Shown here one piece after another: positions 25,101-37,800 of a stretch of DNA of 64,000 nt. The translations under genes were made by a program, and so were the position numbers. Positions within the stretch are counted from its first letter, which is position 1, and each line of letters starts with the position of its first letter. Source of the stretch: Ascidiella aspersa (taxonomy: Eukaryota); assembly GCA_963924565.1 (NCBI GenBank), contig OZ004610.1:29450001-29514000 (forward strand), written 5' to 3'. The notes under the pieces are model-generated. The model was not told the DNA's origin and ran no database searches. It was given only the letters and a program-made list of their open reading frames with translations.

Positions 25101-27645
25101 ATGTTTCAAACGTCCATAAAGAGTTTAAAATGTAAGTAACTGTTCACATGTTTTTTGCCAAAACACAATAAGAAGTTATGCTCCAACCAAATAGTTTACT
25201 GGGTTAAAGATTTTTATTTTTTCATTTTTTTTAACGATTATTAAAATACCTGAAAATGGCATGGCTTACTGTTTGAGAAGAGCTAATGTATAAAATATAT
25301 TAAGTTTTTTTAATTTACCTTTCCCTGATTCTTGGAATGAGTTGTGTGGATGAGGCTATTGGTAGCACGAGCGAAAAGTCACTTCTGTTTCTTGATTGAT
25401 GGGTTGAGCAATAAGTTTGTGGCAGCTGAACTGGAAGAATGCGAGGCTGGCTTGTCTTTTCACAAACTACTGGAAAGTTGCACTAGCAAACAAAATCATT
25501 ACCCAGTTAACAACGGTGGAATAAAAACAGCTTTTGGTTAGATTAGAGCAGGGGTTCTATATCTTTTTTTCAAGAATGACATCATTAAATTTTTAAAAAT
25601 GACGTCATAAATTGAAGTCACAATACAAATAGACTTAGAAATCTGCAGTTTTCGATCCACAAAACATAAAAGAAAAATAGAGTCGAAATACATTCAGTGT
25701 AAAAACGTTAATTTTGAGTCAAACTCTTCCCTTCAGAAAAATTGATTACTTCTTAAATATACACTTTTATTTCAATTTGTCCTTCACGGACCCCCTAATA
25801 GTAGTTCACAGATCCTCAAGGGGTCCATAAACCCCAGTTAAAGAACCCCTGGATTAGGGGAATAACTTAAAAAACAGTTAACTCCGTGTTAAGGAACAAA
25901 TAGTGTTAATATGATTACTTTTCCTGTTATTGAATGAAAAACTTTTAGTTATGATTACAACTGTGATTAAACTAAAAATTTAAACACCAAAACTTTCTTT
26001 TGGCTGTATTGCTGTAAAACCTTATTGAGAAGTTATTAAATAATATAATTTATTGACAGTTTACACCCTTACTTACAGATGCCTGTTTTCCTTGTAGATA
26101 ACCGCCATAAGGTAGATTAAGTGAAAGATTTTTCTTTAACAGGGGAAAAATTGCAGCAATTTTGTGACAGAATCTAAAACATGTTTCACAAAGCATTATA
26201 AAAAATAACCTGGTATATTTGTAACAAAAAAATTCTTCTGAAAACTAACACAAAAATTATCTTAGTTGAAAAACATATCTGATTTTCTTTTGGTGATTAT
26301 TGTTTATAAGGTGAATATAAAATATTATTAAATTTAATCACCTAAGATCTAGTTAAAATTTACTACAACACAGTATGCATAACTGTTAAGCAAAGCTGTT
26401 TCGCATCTAATGCTTTAATTTATTCTTTAATTACCCTTAGTGAGGTAATGTTGCTTCAGATTCTAGACCAGCGGTTCTCAACCTTATATGTCTCATGGCC
26501 CCCTTAGAAAGGCTTTTAATCCTCGTGGCCCCCCTAGATTATAAAAAAATTAGCTAGAATTTGTGGCGGCATCATTCTTTCTTCGAGAATGCTTTTTATC
26601 ATGGTGATTTATAAGTTTTGAGGGTCGTAATGACGCATTTAACATCACCAGCGAGCAGTGCAGATTTGCGAATTTTCGACATTTGATAACACGATGCCTT
26701 GTTTAAGCTTTCTGTCTCTACGAGCCAAACTAGTAATATCGTTATTTGACGTTTTGTGAAAAAAATGTTCAACTTGCTTGTATTAGTTTTGCTATCATTC
26801 TAACTTGCTGTTTGCAAGCTTGAGGTCAACGGTTGCAAAACTTCTCATGAACAGCAGGTAGTAACATGTAAGAAAAAATGTGTTACAATAAAAAAGTAGG
26901 TTTAAAACTGCAAGTTTGAGTTCAATTGAAAAAAGTGAAAATAGTGACACAGTTTGGCAATACCACGACATTGCTGCAAACTTATGCTCGTGTCCCCCCG
27001 ATTACAGCTCCATGGCCCCCAAGGGGGGCCGAGGGTCATGGTTGAGAAACCCTGTTCTAGACAGTGGGTAATATTAATCAAAGTTTTAAGAATGACCAAC
27101 CTTTGATCAGTCACTGGCTTTCTTCTTACTGGGTGTTGTGCAACCAGTTGTGCCTTAAACTCACTTGCCGGTTTCCGTATTTTCTTCACGGTCCTCTGCA
27201 AGAACTTATTGTTGTTGGGTGCACTTTCACAATCAGCTGGAATATTTGATAATGATAGCCGAGTGGATCCAACTAATAAAGGATAATTTTCAATGTCAAG
27301 GTCCCTCTTTGGTTACTGTTTTGAAAAATATAGTAGCCAAATGACTATTGATAATTGGTATTAATCAAAATTATATATTTGTAAATGCTTTGGTAAACTC
27401 AAGTATATAGATAAAATGACTCATTTTGTTGCGTTCAAGCCTCCAACATGGATGTAATGTTGTTTGCTTGCAATATTTATAACTTGTTGGTATCGCTATT
27501 TTACCTCTTACTGAGGGCTTTTGCCTTACAGCCCTCTTTTTTGTTTGATGTGATGCAGAAAAGGTTTGTTCTATGTTGTAGGGTTCAGAAGCAGATTTAC
27601 AAATGCTCTAAAAAAATCAGCACTTTATAAATGTAAACCTTGCAT
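3295..27645 (-). CDS. Multi-exon gene for a Ser/Pro-rich, largely disordered protein with a C-terminal C8orf89-like motif (~780 aa without the giant exon)
   Basis: Phase-consistent chain of exons: 27645-27639 (tentative ATG), 27570-27505, 27272-27101, 26173-26077, 25482-25319, 25033-24923, 24827-24645, 24319-24198, 24088-23945, 23842-23712, 21959-21888, 21493-21343, 19871-19808, 7170-7049, 6751-6706, 6467-6337, 5448-5272 (GC donor), 4302-4143, 3517-3295. Total 2343 nt with no internal stop. Ends YSDPCQSAPASFQQRLMELSVLESETIKYERNRKLKRKKNQDKDS*, which resembles the recalled C8orf89 C-terminus. The 5' end and the join across 19808->7170 are inferred. Confidence 0.65.
7226..7461. mobile_element. 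hAT/Charlie-like MITE
   Basis: CAGTGCTTGGCAAC ... GTTGCGGAGCACTG termini, internal GCGGCACAC repeats, TSD TGGTAAAC/TTGTAAAC. Confidence 0.8.
8010..8123. repeat. Perfect 49-bp inverted repeat (hairpin) with 16-nt spacer
   Basis: 8010-8058 is the reverse complement of 8075-8123. It lies inside a segment flanked by the 13-bp direct repeat TAAATTATGTTTG (7998-8010, 8223-8235). Confidence 0.95.
8423..11196 (-). CDS. Giant (~2.75 kb) coding exon for a Ser/Arg/Asp-rich disordered region; alternative first or cassette exon of the C8orf89-like gene
   Basis: 899-codon GC-rich ORF; first true ATG at 11104. The frame is open up to the acceptor tttttccgtttaAG|11196. Donor CTTGG|GTCGGT at 8442 is in phase 2, matching exon 7170. 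No globular, RT or transposase motifs. Confidence 0.8.
12314..13010. repeat. Degenerate local duplications
   Basis: TCAGCTAAA..GAGATATGTA..ATTTAT recurs at ~12317, ~12437 and ~12869; AAATCCAAAAC..CACAAATATTTTACCTAACG..AACCTTGC recurs at ~12622 and ~12906. Confidence 0.75.
16226..16270. repeat. 23-bp tandem duplication
   Basis: CTAAAAGTCTACTGTCTTTCAA(A) x2. Confidence 0.9.
17742..18118. repeat. ~120-bp direct duplication plus a partial third copy
   Basis: ACAACAAATGGATTCCAAAACC...TTTAAACAAGATGCTTGCTTTA.CTCTCAAACAGCACTA at ~17750-17861 and ~18011-18118; partial copy at ~17967-17997. Confidence 0.85.
20031..20095. mobile_element. Left terminus of a Charlie-type hAT element (fragment)
   Basis: CAGGGCTGGGCAACGTACGGCCCGCGGGCCAGATC is the typical Charlie-like terminal/subterminal pattern; the other end was not found. 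Confidence 0.55.
21050..21267. mobile_element. hAT-type MITE
   Basis: CAGTGATTCTT ... AAGAACCCCTG termini; TSD TCTTAGTA/TCTTATTA. Confidence 0.75.
25549..25851. mobile_element. hAT-type MITE
   Basis: CAGGGGTTCT ... AGAACCCCTG termini; TSD GATTAGAG/GATTAGGG. Confidence 0.85.
26469..27054. mobile_element. hAT/Charlie-like non-autonomous element (586 bp)
   Basis: CAGCGGTTCTCAACC ... GGTTGAGAAACCCTG termini, subterminal TGGCCCCC repeats, perfect TSD TTCTAGAC (NNNTANNN, Charlie/Buster-type). Confidence 0.9.
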
Positions 27646-28604
27646 CAGTCAGCTACAATTCTACAAATAAATTATTGAAAAAATTTACAAGCAAAACAAA
27701 ACAACACTAAAAATACATTTGAAAATAATTTACAGTAAAAATAATGAACAAACTGTGATAGAGTTCTGTTCTTTATTCATCCTCTGAAGCTTTAAACGAC
27801 GGATATTTTTCTGACCTCCTCATTCTTTCTTTGATGCCCTACTTTTACATTGTTGTGGAAACCACAATTGATATAGAAACTAGTTTGCTAACAGCTACAC
27901 TGAACAAATTTTAGCAGGTATCTTTAAATCTGCAATCTTCTAACTATATTATTCAAACTGTTTATAAAACCAATAGAGTCCTGTAAAATTTTATAATATT
28001 CATATGGTAGCGGTGCCTATGTAGAACAAACTAAATACTTAGAAATAAAACAAAAATAAAACGTAGCTTTTGCTAAGTAAATTATTAGGTTAATAAAAAA
28101 CATTAAGTGGAAACATATTTGGCTAAATAATATTAATAGATTTTGCATGACAGTAATCATATTAAAACAAATTGGATGAATGACCTAAAGTATTATCACT
28201 GGCCAGTCAAAAAAAATGTCATTCTCACACAACCTTTTATTCAATGGGCAGTTATATGATACACACCGGACAGGACGCATGAAGACTGTGTGATAGTATT
28301 ACACATTTTAAAACGAGAGGTCAAAAAAGTTTAAGACTTAGGCACCATTCTAGTATCATATAACAAGGTATTATGTTGCAAGAAAAATGACAAAAGTGGA
28401 TTTGAAAGTCATAGCTTATAATATAAAGATATTTCCTTTTTTACAATCCTTAATATTTGTGGCACAATACGGAGACTCATGTAAAAAATGAACAAAAAAA
28501 ATTGTTCTTGTTACCAATTATCTGTTTAAATTGTTTTGCATTTACATAAAAAGTAATAGATAAGTCAAGGATAAGCGATATGCCTGTTGAGGACTGCTGT
28601 ATAT

Positions 28605-28618
28605 GATGTCATGGTAAC
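28605..28618. promoter_or_regulatory. X-box (RFX)-like motif upstream of the C8orf89-like gene
   Basis: GATGTCATGGTAAC resembles the X-box consensus GTTGCCATGGCAAC; it lies ~1 kb upstream of the first predicted coding exon. Confidence 0.3.
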
Positions 28619-29381
28619 AAATGATACATTTAGAAAAAAAAATAGTTGTCGTTCGGCCGCTTCATTACGTGAAATATATACATTTTTTAATGTTAATATA
28701 TATGTAATTAGGTCGTTCATTTATCTCAGAAGCGTGTTGTGAACACTTTGCTACCGAATTTTGCAATTCGTTAAAGTCGTAAATTCATAATTATAGACGA
28801 CCAAAAAAGTTACAGTTTAACAGATTTTAGACTTGTTAGTTACCAGGATATTAAAGGTAAGTTGTTGAATAATTTGGCATCCTAGGAGCAAACGCCTAAG
28901 TTCGACGTGTGATTAGGACAAAATGAACCACACAAAAATTAGCGTATCTTTGTTGTTTCTAAGGCGACTCTCTGGCGCCACACAGCAGTTTGTAAACATA
29001 AATTAAATACCAAAGAAATTATCTCTTGGTTTGTGAAAACTCTGTATTATTAGCAATTCGACGAATAGAATTCTTTGCTTAACTACTTGATCATTTTTTC
29101 CAAATATTTTTATGAATGTAAACCAAGCGATAATTAAGAAACGTTTTTTTAGGATTTTTTATGTTCAAAAGTTGGCTACCCAATTTTCGGAAGTTCGTCA
29201 ATGCAAATAGCAAAACAATAGCAGTTTTAAAATAAATAGTAGCCTACATTTATTTATTGGTATAAATAAAGCTTTTAATAATCAAAACATTTTAATTAGA
29301 CACCCTCTTCAAATACTATTGTAACTGAAAATTAGTTTAGGTTGATCATTTTAGCTATAGTGGGTTCAATATATCGTAATG

Positions 29382-30151
29382 CAGTGCTTTTCAACCTTTA
29401 AAAGGACCGTTTGCACTTTTTTATTTCGGAAAATTTTCATCCGCACGAAACAGGAACAGTGAGTTGCGACCTTTAGTTGTCCTATTTGTAAAATAACAAT
29501 GAAAGGGTTTGTGTAATAAAACCGTGAGCCTTAACTGATGTAAAATCAAGTGAAACTCATAGTTAAAAACCTGAGTAAAAACAGCGTTTTGTTTAAAAGG
29601 AAAATATATTGCGCCAAGGGGCATCCTCAGTTCCTGTAAAAGTACAAATAAATAAAATCAGAGCGGAGCCATCAACAAACCCATAAAAGAAAACAATAAA
29701 ATATAAAAAAAAACAAGACAATGGACTAAAAAACTAAAAAACGTAATGAGAAGCACTACAGCCTCGCAGGCAACACGACTGGGACAACCGAGTAGGCGAC
29801 GCAAATAAGTGAAGGAAAGGGAAAGAATATATATGCGCAGTGCGAGATGCTAGACGGTAAAATGCGGCTCGAATGGGTAGCGATAAGATGCCACCGATGG
29901 TTTTGGATTCTATAAAGATACATACACCCTGTTGCTGATATAAAATATATAGTTTAAGCTTTAATGAACCATCACTGAGAGACTATATTACTGTAGGCAA
30001 CCTGCAACGTATAATTGGGCACACAAGCTTATTTGTTTACTGTATTGCACATAATGAAAAATCGTAATATTCACCACTTTCATCCGCACGACGATTGTCA
30101 TCCGCATAACATTTTTGTGTGAACCACAAACCCACGGGTTGAAAAGAACTG
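29382..30151. mobile_element. hAT-type non-autonomous element (770 bp)
   Basis: CAGTGCTTTTCAACC ... GGTTGAAAAGAACTG termini, subterminal CATCCGCA repeats, TSD TCGTAATG/CTGTAATG. A related inverted end occurs at ~58141-58176. Confidence 0.8.
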
Positions 30152-31894
30152 CTGTAATGTAACATCACACTTAAATGTTGGTTAATACGGCTTACTTGCT
30201 AGCAAAAACATTGGTTTTGTCACAAAATAATATATTTAAAATTTATTGAAATGCAGAACAACACTACAGGCTAGGTCAGTGAAAATTTGGTAAGTCGAGA
30301 TTTGTCTACTGCAGTTTTATAGTAATGATACAACTGTCTGTTAATTTCTTCAAAATTCGATTTTTCTACATACATTCCGAATTTTCACATAAGGTACTGT
30401 ACCCTATATCAGTGCTCCGCAGTTTTTTACTTTTTGTGGTGGTAAGCCAACAGTCTGGTGAGGCTCAAAACCGCGTTTCGGTAAAATATTCTGCCTTGTT
30501 TTGATGTAACTTTGTGACGTAATCTCTTAAAATTGTTACGCGTTCCTGTACGAAAATGTTTTTACTGTTGTTTTTATACGCCTGCTTATGGCAACTCAAA
30601 TTTTCGTATGAATTTGCTGTTGAAAAGTAAACCGCATAATATTGAGTTTTAGGGGAAACGTTCCGGGTTTAAAGGTAGCAACTATAAAAGCGGACCGAGA
30701 GAGGTCAGTAGCCAAAGCTTCCTAAAAGTGAATTTTATGTATCGCGGCACTTGGGTTATGGAGCAGTGATGTGGCCAGTTCGTCACGGTGAGGTATTGTC
30801 CCTTCCGTGCTTGACTAATCGACGAAACGGAAAAGTTCTTAATTCAAACGTCGACCCGTTCTGTATAACGAACCTTGTCTCAACCGAACTTTGCACGCTG
30901 GTGGAAAAAAGTAGCTTCCTGAATCGAAACGACCTTGCCGTATATAGCATAACTACCGCGACTGCTTCACAGGAAGTAGGTGTCATACTGCCAAAAATAG
31001 GCCAACTTCGGTACAACGTGCTGGCTAAGTATCGTTGCAAAAAAACGTGTTTTAAATCACACAGGAACCTAACAAAACGCATTGGCTTGTAATCGCGCCT
31101 TTAGCGCTGTTTGGTCATCTCACTTTGTACTTTGGTTCCGGTTTATGTGGTAATGCTTATTGCTGCCCCTTTTCTTATTTGCATAAACCCAGCGATAAAA
31201 ATGATTAATCGACAGCGACAAATTTAGCCGGACATATATAGCCTTGTTCATGCATCAAAAGATCTCGTAATTCGCAAGCATCCAAAACGGTTTAACATTC
31301 TAAATAAAACAATGAACCGTAGCCTATATATTAATAATGAGTAATGCTTTCGAAGCACCGAATAAGATACTTTTCCATCGCAATTAATTTTTGCGAGTTT
31401 AACCACAGTTGTCTCATCGAAATGTGACAATTTGAAGTGTCTTTTCATCATGTTTTGCGGTTTCTTACCAGGTGCACTTTTCACTTGAAACTTTCCCGAA
31501 AGTTTGATTATGTCATCTCTTCAAAGAAACGATTTCAATAGGGATATATGGTCATTTTAAACTACTTCGCTGACAACAAAATCGTTATTTGTAATATGAA
31601 AATAATTTTTATTCTGTTCTGGGTAGATCTTTCACGTTGAAATTATCTTTTCGATTGACACAAAACTTTTTTGAGCTTTTTCTGAACTGAATCTTTTTGC
31701 AATAATTGTTTCGCCACTTTAAAATAACAATATTTCTACGATTAATGCAAAATGATGCAAAATGACCACTAAGTTTCATTGTACGATGAACTATACGTAA
31801 TAAATTATTTCTAAAATTATTTAACAAGAAACATGACCCATCCTTAACCAAGTCACCTTACTCTTTAGATTTTATCAAACAGATATCATCAATT

Positions 31895-33466
31895 TGACGT
31901 CACATGGTTGGAACAAAGTGACAAATAACAACAGTCGATTAATCATTTCGTCTAAAATAAGCAGCGACTGGTAATTTTAGTGAAACTTAGTGGTTTCTTT
32001 GTTAAAAGAAACGCAAGAGTCAAGCGATGACGTCACCACGGTGCTTGTCAATCTCCGAAAGCGGAACTGAAGTTAAAAAAACGCCGAACAAAGATATCGG
32101 CACATTTTGAAACCGATATCCGCAGGCGCGACCCTACGGCTATAAATAAACGCGCAAGCAAAGCGCAGCCGACAATTGAGGGTCAGACCGGAGTAATGAT
32201 CGCGGTTTGGGCAGCGGCTATTACAAATGACTCACACTCTGGTCGGAAGTCTATCACTGCTTGCGCTTGACTTTGGCAGGGTTCCCTGTAATCTTTCGCA
32301 CGCTAAATCGTCCTTTGGTAGAAATTATGCATTTCACGGCGTGAATCACCGTAACTCGCAAAGTACCCGGTTAACTGGACTGAATTGCAGCCCTGAGCAA
32401 ACCGGTGAAATTGTCATCGACAACGTCGTTGTTTATATGAAGTGCCAGGTTGATTATTTGGTCAACATTTTGGCGGCTAATTTTGGCCAGATTTTTCAAT
32501 ATAAAGTGATCGGTTTTAGGCGGCTTTACAGCAGATCAGAACGTCGTCGGGTTTGGAGAGGTTTAGTTAGTGGAAAAAAGAAAATTTAAAATAAATTTGA
32601 AAAACTGTGGCGCGTTAAAACGTCGAAAATTTGTATTTTTTGTGTATTTACTAACTTGTCAATCAAAAGCCTGTTTCGTCATTTTGTTCTGAGTAAGTTG
32701 CAATGGCTTCGTGAAGATCCGTTCAGGTTTTGATAAAGGCATTGATGTTTCGGTGGTATTTAGATGTCAAAAATTTTTTTTTTTAGTCTGTTTCGCTTTG
32801 CGTAAAAAAGCTAAGTTGCAAAGTCAATTTGGACAAAACGAACTACTTTGTTTGGCGAAAGTCGCTAGCTCGGGCATTAGGAATAAGCAAACGCTTAAAA
32901 CCTGGCAGAGCGCCTAAAGCCTTACAAGATTTGCTGCAAAAAAAAACGCTTTGAAGTTCCGGCGTTGATTAGATTCGGGTGTGACAATTAGTCGGGCTTG
33001 TTTGTTTGGAAAAAAAATGTACAGAACTGCAAAGGCAAATTGTACACTTTCTGTGTTATATAAAAATGTATCTTTACCTATCGCAGAATTTCTAAATTTT
33101 TTTGTGACAGGAATTGTTAAATCGGTAAGAGGCAATTGTGAACTTGTTAATTCGCCCCCAAATGTAATTCAACGGAAACGTTTTGTGCATCGGTTAACAA
33201 AACTCTATGTTTTTTTTAATTCATGGAAAGAAAAAAATATTCGATAATTAGAAAGCGCAAATGTTACCTTCTTTTTCATTTAGGCACAAAAATTAAATAA
33301 GCGAATTTTGAAAAAAAAAGTAATTTGCGTTTTATTTGGCTTGTAAACCTGCATCCCTAATTTATGACACAAATAGGAATTTAGTATCAATTATACTTTT
33401 TTAGTTCGCGGCTTTAAAAACACGATAAAAATTAATGTATAAATTATTAGCAAAAATATGACGTCA
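31895..33466. promoter_or_regulatory. Cluster of full CRE sites and a TATA-like box upstream of the LPMO-like gene
   Basis: TGACGTCA at 31895, 32028 and 33459; TATAAATA at 32141. Confidence 0.3.
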
Positions 33467-33871
33467 ACGTGTTGTTCAAACGCGTATCCCCCCTAAACCA
33501 AGTAAAAAAGTTTTTTGGGTGGCCAATGAGTTAGTCACAAATTGTTTTTCTCAATTTCCAGTTCGCAGACTTAAACCCCCCACGTAATATATAAGTTATA
33601 AGCACAAATAAGACGTCATACTTGTTGTTAAAACGCTAGTGTCCGATTCGGAAAATCTAATCTCTATGGGTTTTGCGTCAGAGCAGACGAAGCTCAACTA
33701 CCCGCGGGCGAAAATGGAGGTTTCAAGCCGGAGACAACAAAGCCTTAATTCCCAGAAGCGCCGGCATTAACCGATATAAATCCCACAATTTACCGAAAGC
33801 CGACTCGCGAAATTGTATATTACACAAACCGCTAAACTGCTGTTGTAAAAAGCGCAAGCTACAAGGCTATT

Positions 33872-33963
33872 ACGGTGCTATACGCTGTTGTATAACATAT
33901 GCTTTTTCATCAGTTAACGGTGCTATACGCTGTATAACATATGCTTTTTGATCAGTTAACGGA
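33872..33963. repeat. ~45-bp tandem duplication
   Basis: ACGGTGCTATACGCTG(TTG)TATAACATATGCTTTTT.ATCAGTTA x2. Confidence 0.9.
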
Positions 33964-34803
33964 AAAAATCTGTTTTGGCTAATTATTATTTGTTGATGTC
34001 TAGTAAACGCCTTTGTAAGTGTTGTAGAGAAATTAAAAAATGATTACGTTTTCGCTGACGAAAATAGACCAAAATGCGGGTCACAAGAGTGAATCGACCG
34101 TGTTTTCAGTTTATTTCGGTTTTATGAACACCAAGCTCGTTATCGTTCACAGCTGTCGTGAAATGGCAAGGACGCTTTGAGCGGATGGATTTTTCACGCG
34201 CCAAAACGCGACCCACGAGTCAAAGCAAACCGAGCAGAAAAAATACGCTTCGAATCGGAAGTGCTGCGGTGATTTGCGTGAAAGTGGCCCTACACACGCA
34301 TATATAATTCTGTACGCGAGAGCAAGCGGCAATGTCAGCGCGGTTTTTATAAAGGAAAGGACGGCAACTAAAAAACATACAGAGTTTAAAATTTTTTGGT
34401 TCCATTTCGTGTTTTGATACATGGTTATTGCAGTTTAATAGTCAGTCTAATAACGGAATTATCTGATTTAAAAAAATGTAATTAGTATTTTCGTATTTTA
34501 AATGGTGTACAAAGGCTCAGATTTATTTCGTAATTTAATTTGTAAAATGGAAATAACTTGAAAGTTTAAATTTTAGAAAGATTCACAAAAAGTATTTTTC
34601 TATACTCGTATGTTAAACTTCAATCTTAAGCCATTAATATTTACATACCACTTTACAAAGAAAAAATATTTGAAATATTTTTTCAAGTTGATTGTAATGT
34701 TCAGTACAACCTTATGCGTGTCAACACGAAAAATATAACCGATTTGTTCTCGTAAAAACAGCTCTGTAGAAATACAATTAAGAAACAAAATATCACCCCG
34801 GCT

Positions 34804-37800
34804 ATGGCAATTTGTGGTAAACGTTATCTGGTGGCGGCCTTACTTGTCGTAGTTTGCGGCGTCGGCCTTGTACGAGCTCACAGTTGGATTGCTTGTACCG
34901 ACTACGCTGAGAAAAACGCGGCCACATGGGATCCGAATAAGTGCAGGGGCTTCCCCAGGAACGCCGCGGTGAGCGTACCGAAGACTGGAAAATTCGGCGC
35001 CGACTTGGGTAAGTATGTTACATTTAGGATTTCTAAGTATATAAACTCACTGAAATTTGTTGATTTTCTACCATATTTGGGAACAACATTTTATACTGTT
35101 GCTTTCCCCGCGTATAGTATTAATAAAGATCAGCTTTTCTGGTAAATATTTTTCTAATTCTTTGACGTTTGGACGTCATATTCATTCAGACCAACAGTTT
35201 AAACCCAGCACCAACTTTTACTTTACATTTCCTTTGAAACCCCTCAGTTAATAAAACATCACCCCCAAAAACGTTTAAATAAACGTCTTAATAAAAGCAA
35301 CCGGCAACGTTATACAGATTCTCATAGTATACGTCCACATATTTCTTATTTTAATTTTTTAACTAATATTGACTGTTTTATTTACGCACGGTCTCAGGTT
35401 ACGATCACATTCCCAGCAACACGAATGCCTGCGGTCAGAAGAAAAGGACTTACGCGTCCGACCATCCTATGGCGGTGTACTATCCAGGCCAACAAGTCGT
35501 CATCGTACATCCAATGAAGGTGAGTACGAGTTTAGAAAGCGTACAGTCTATTCAGGTGTATTCCCAATTCGTTATATGACTATTTCTTCTGATTAGGCCA
35601 ACTTTTTTCGATAATAGGCTTTTCAAAGCCACCCGTGTATTATCATGAGAGTACGGGTTCAGAAAGAGAACAGTCTATTCTGATATATCCCCAATGCGTT
35701 ATATAGGCCTATACCTATTTCTTCGGATTAGGCCACTTTATTTCGATAACAAGCGTTTCAAAGACACCCCATGTATGAATATGAGTATATGCCGCAATCG
35801 TTGGTCATTACTATTTCAGCAGGGATAGAAGTATATACCCATGCAAATTCCATGACTTAGTGAATTTTGTTGATTAGATTAACAAAATCTGTGCCGCAAC
35901 TCGCAATCATAGGGATAGAAGGTGTTTTGTGCATAAAAAAACGGTATCCTATATTATTATATCGCCACCGATAGCAAGGCGTATTGTATCAGTCGCTATC
36001 GGTACTCGTTTCAAAACTAAAAAATAGTTAAAATCAGTTCCCAAAAATTGAAAATAACTAAGGTTTCTAAAGATTAGGAAAATTGCTTTTTTTGTTCTCA
36101 CCACGATATCGGTTCAATTCCCCAACTTGATTTTGTCTGACGTAAGGGTCCTTTCGAATTTTCGGCGAACCAATACAGTAATGTTATATGTAGATTAGAT
36201 TTCACGTAACCATATGAGTCATTAGAATTTACACTGAATATTTCCGGATTTGCAGGAAGTAGAGCGGTAGCAATAAAAATGTCGAAATAACTATCGCGTC
36301 ATCGTATGACTAACTGTTGTTAATATCCTTAACCGCTAACCCCTCATGAACTCAAAATATTGAACACATACATGTATATTCAAATTGTGGAATAAATCAA
36401 TAAAGAATATATTTACATGTCAATTAGCTGTTCTATACAAGTAAGGGTTGCTCAAAACTTAAAAAAACGAAGTAGTTTTAACGCTAGCAATAGCAAAATT
36501 ATTTTTATTTAAAAATGTAATATACTTCGTGGTGCGAAATTAATGACTCAAGAGACTCGTTTACCTATTAGGTTGACAAGTGACCATACTTATAGAACGG
36601 AGCGACATAACCATGAAACGGATGTTCTTTATATAGTTGTCCATGTGCAACATTTGTGACACGGTCGCTGTAGCCTACATTTGTGCGCCTTGACCTTCAG
36701 CAGTACTAAAATAGCAAACTAAAGCCTTAGTGTTTTAACAAACTTTGTTCATTAAAGTTTTGTTAAGCTTAAAGTAAACAAAGCAAAATAGATAACAACT
36801 CTAATAAGCTTTATTAGTTTAAAGTTGCAATGTTAATAAAGTGACTTTTGTGTTTGTATTCTTTCTTTTCTTATTTGTAAAATTTGCATGGGGTTAATTT
36901 CAATAAATAAACCATTTGAAAAACTGTAATCGTTGGCCCAAACCTTTTGGCGATCTGAAAAGCATAATCGCGTATTTTTGTTCCCATAGAACCATGGAGC
37001 GGACTCTGCCTGCGGCAACATTTGGATTCCAGACCATGGGTCGTGGATCTATAGGACAGCAGGATCTCCTTCGAACAAAGATCCGACTGTTGAAGAGTTC
37101 AGGAAAAAACTCGTTGCGGATTTGGGTAAGTCGGCAGATGGAAAAAATAGTTTCAGCTCTTGCGGGTATTGGTTTATTTTAAATGTCCGACTAAGCTGTA
37201 ACTGGAAATTTTGAAAAGAGTGATTAGGCAGATAGGTGTCGTATAATACGCAAGTTCGTTTTAAGCCCTTCAAGTAATTAAGCCTATAAAATACTATTAC
37301 CTTTTAACGTTTTCGAATTAAAGCTGCACGGAGCCACATCAGTCTCTTGGATTTGCATACTGCTTGCGAGTGCCTACCTTGTAAGGCATTGCTTGCTTTA
37401 AATGCAGTTGGTTAAACGACGCACGACCAAGCCATAAAACTCTTAGTATATTCTGTTTTTTGCGCCCGTAACTATTGGTGCTTTATTTGAAAGCGACCTC
37501 AAAACGTTTGCCACTTCTATTAGACACCGACAAAAAAGTTAGAAAATGCATTAATTCGAATTAATTAGATACTGATGATGCTTATTATAGCAAAATATAT
37601 TTATCGTATTTTAACATCTAAACAAACTGATTTTCGGTTTACTATAAGTTCTGTACTTAGTTTAGTCTTTTTCATTGATGTGCAGCCACAATCGTTTGTT
37701 TTCACCATTCGGATTCAGGCAGATTCCGTTATTCGAAAAAAAATTCTGATTAAATGTGCAAAGTTAAGAAAAATAAATATACTTCAACTATAGCCTTAAG

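Noticed and set aside
30782-30816. let-7-like TGAGGTA in a small hairpin
   Set aside because: Sequence diverges right after the seed and the stem is too short for a pre-miRNA.
30751-33951. ORFs of 68-120 aa (30751, 30783, 32227, 33673 etc.)
   Set aside because: Non-ATG starts or random-like composition, and no splice chain.
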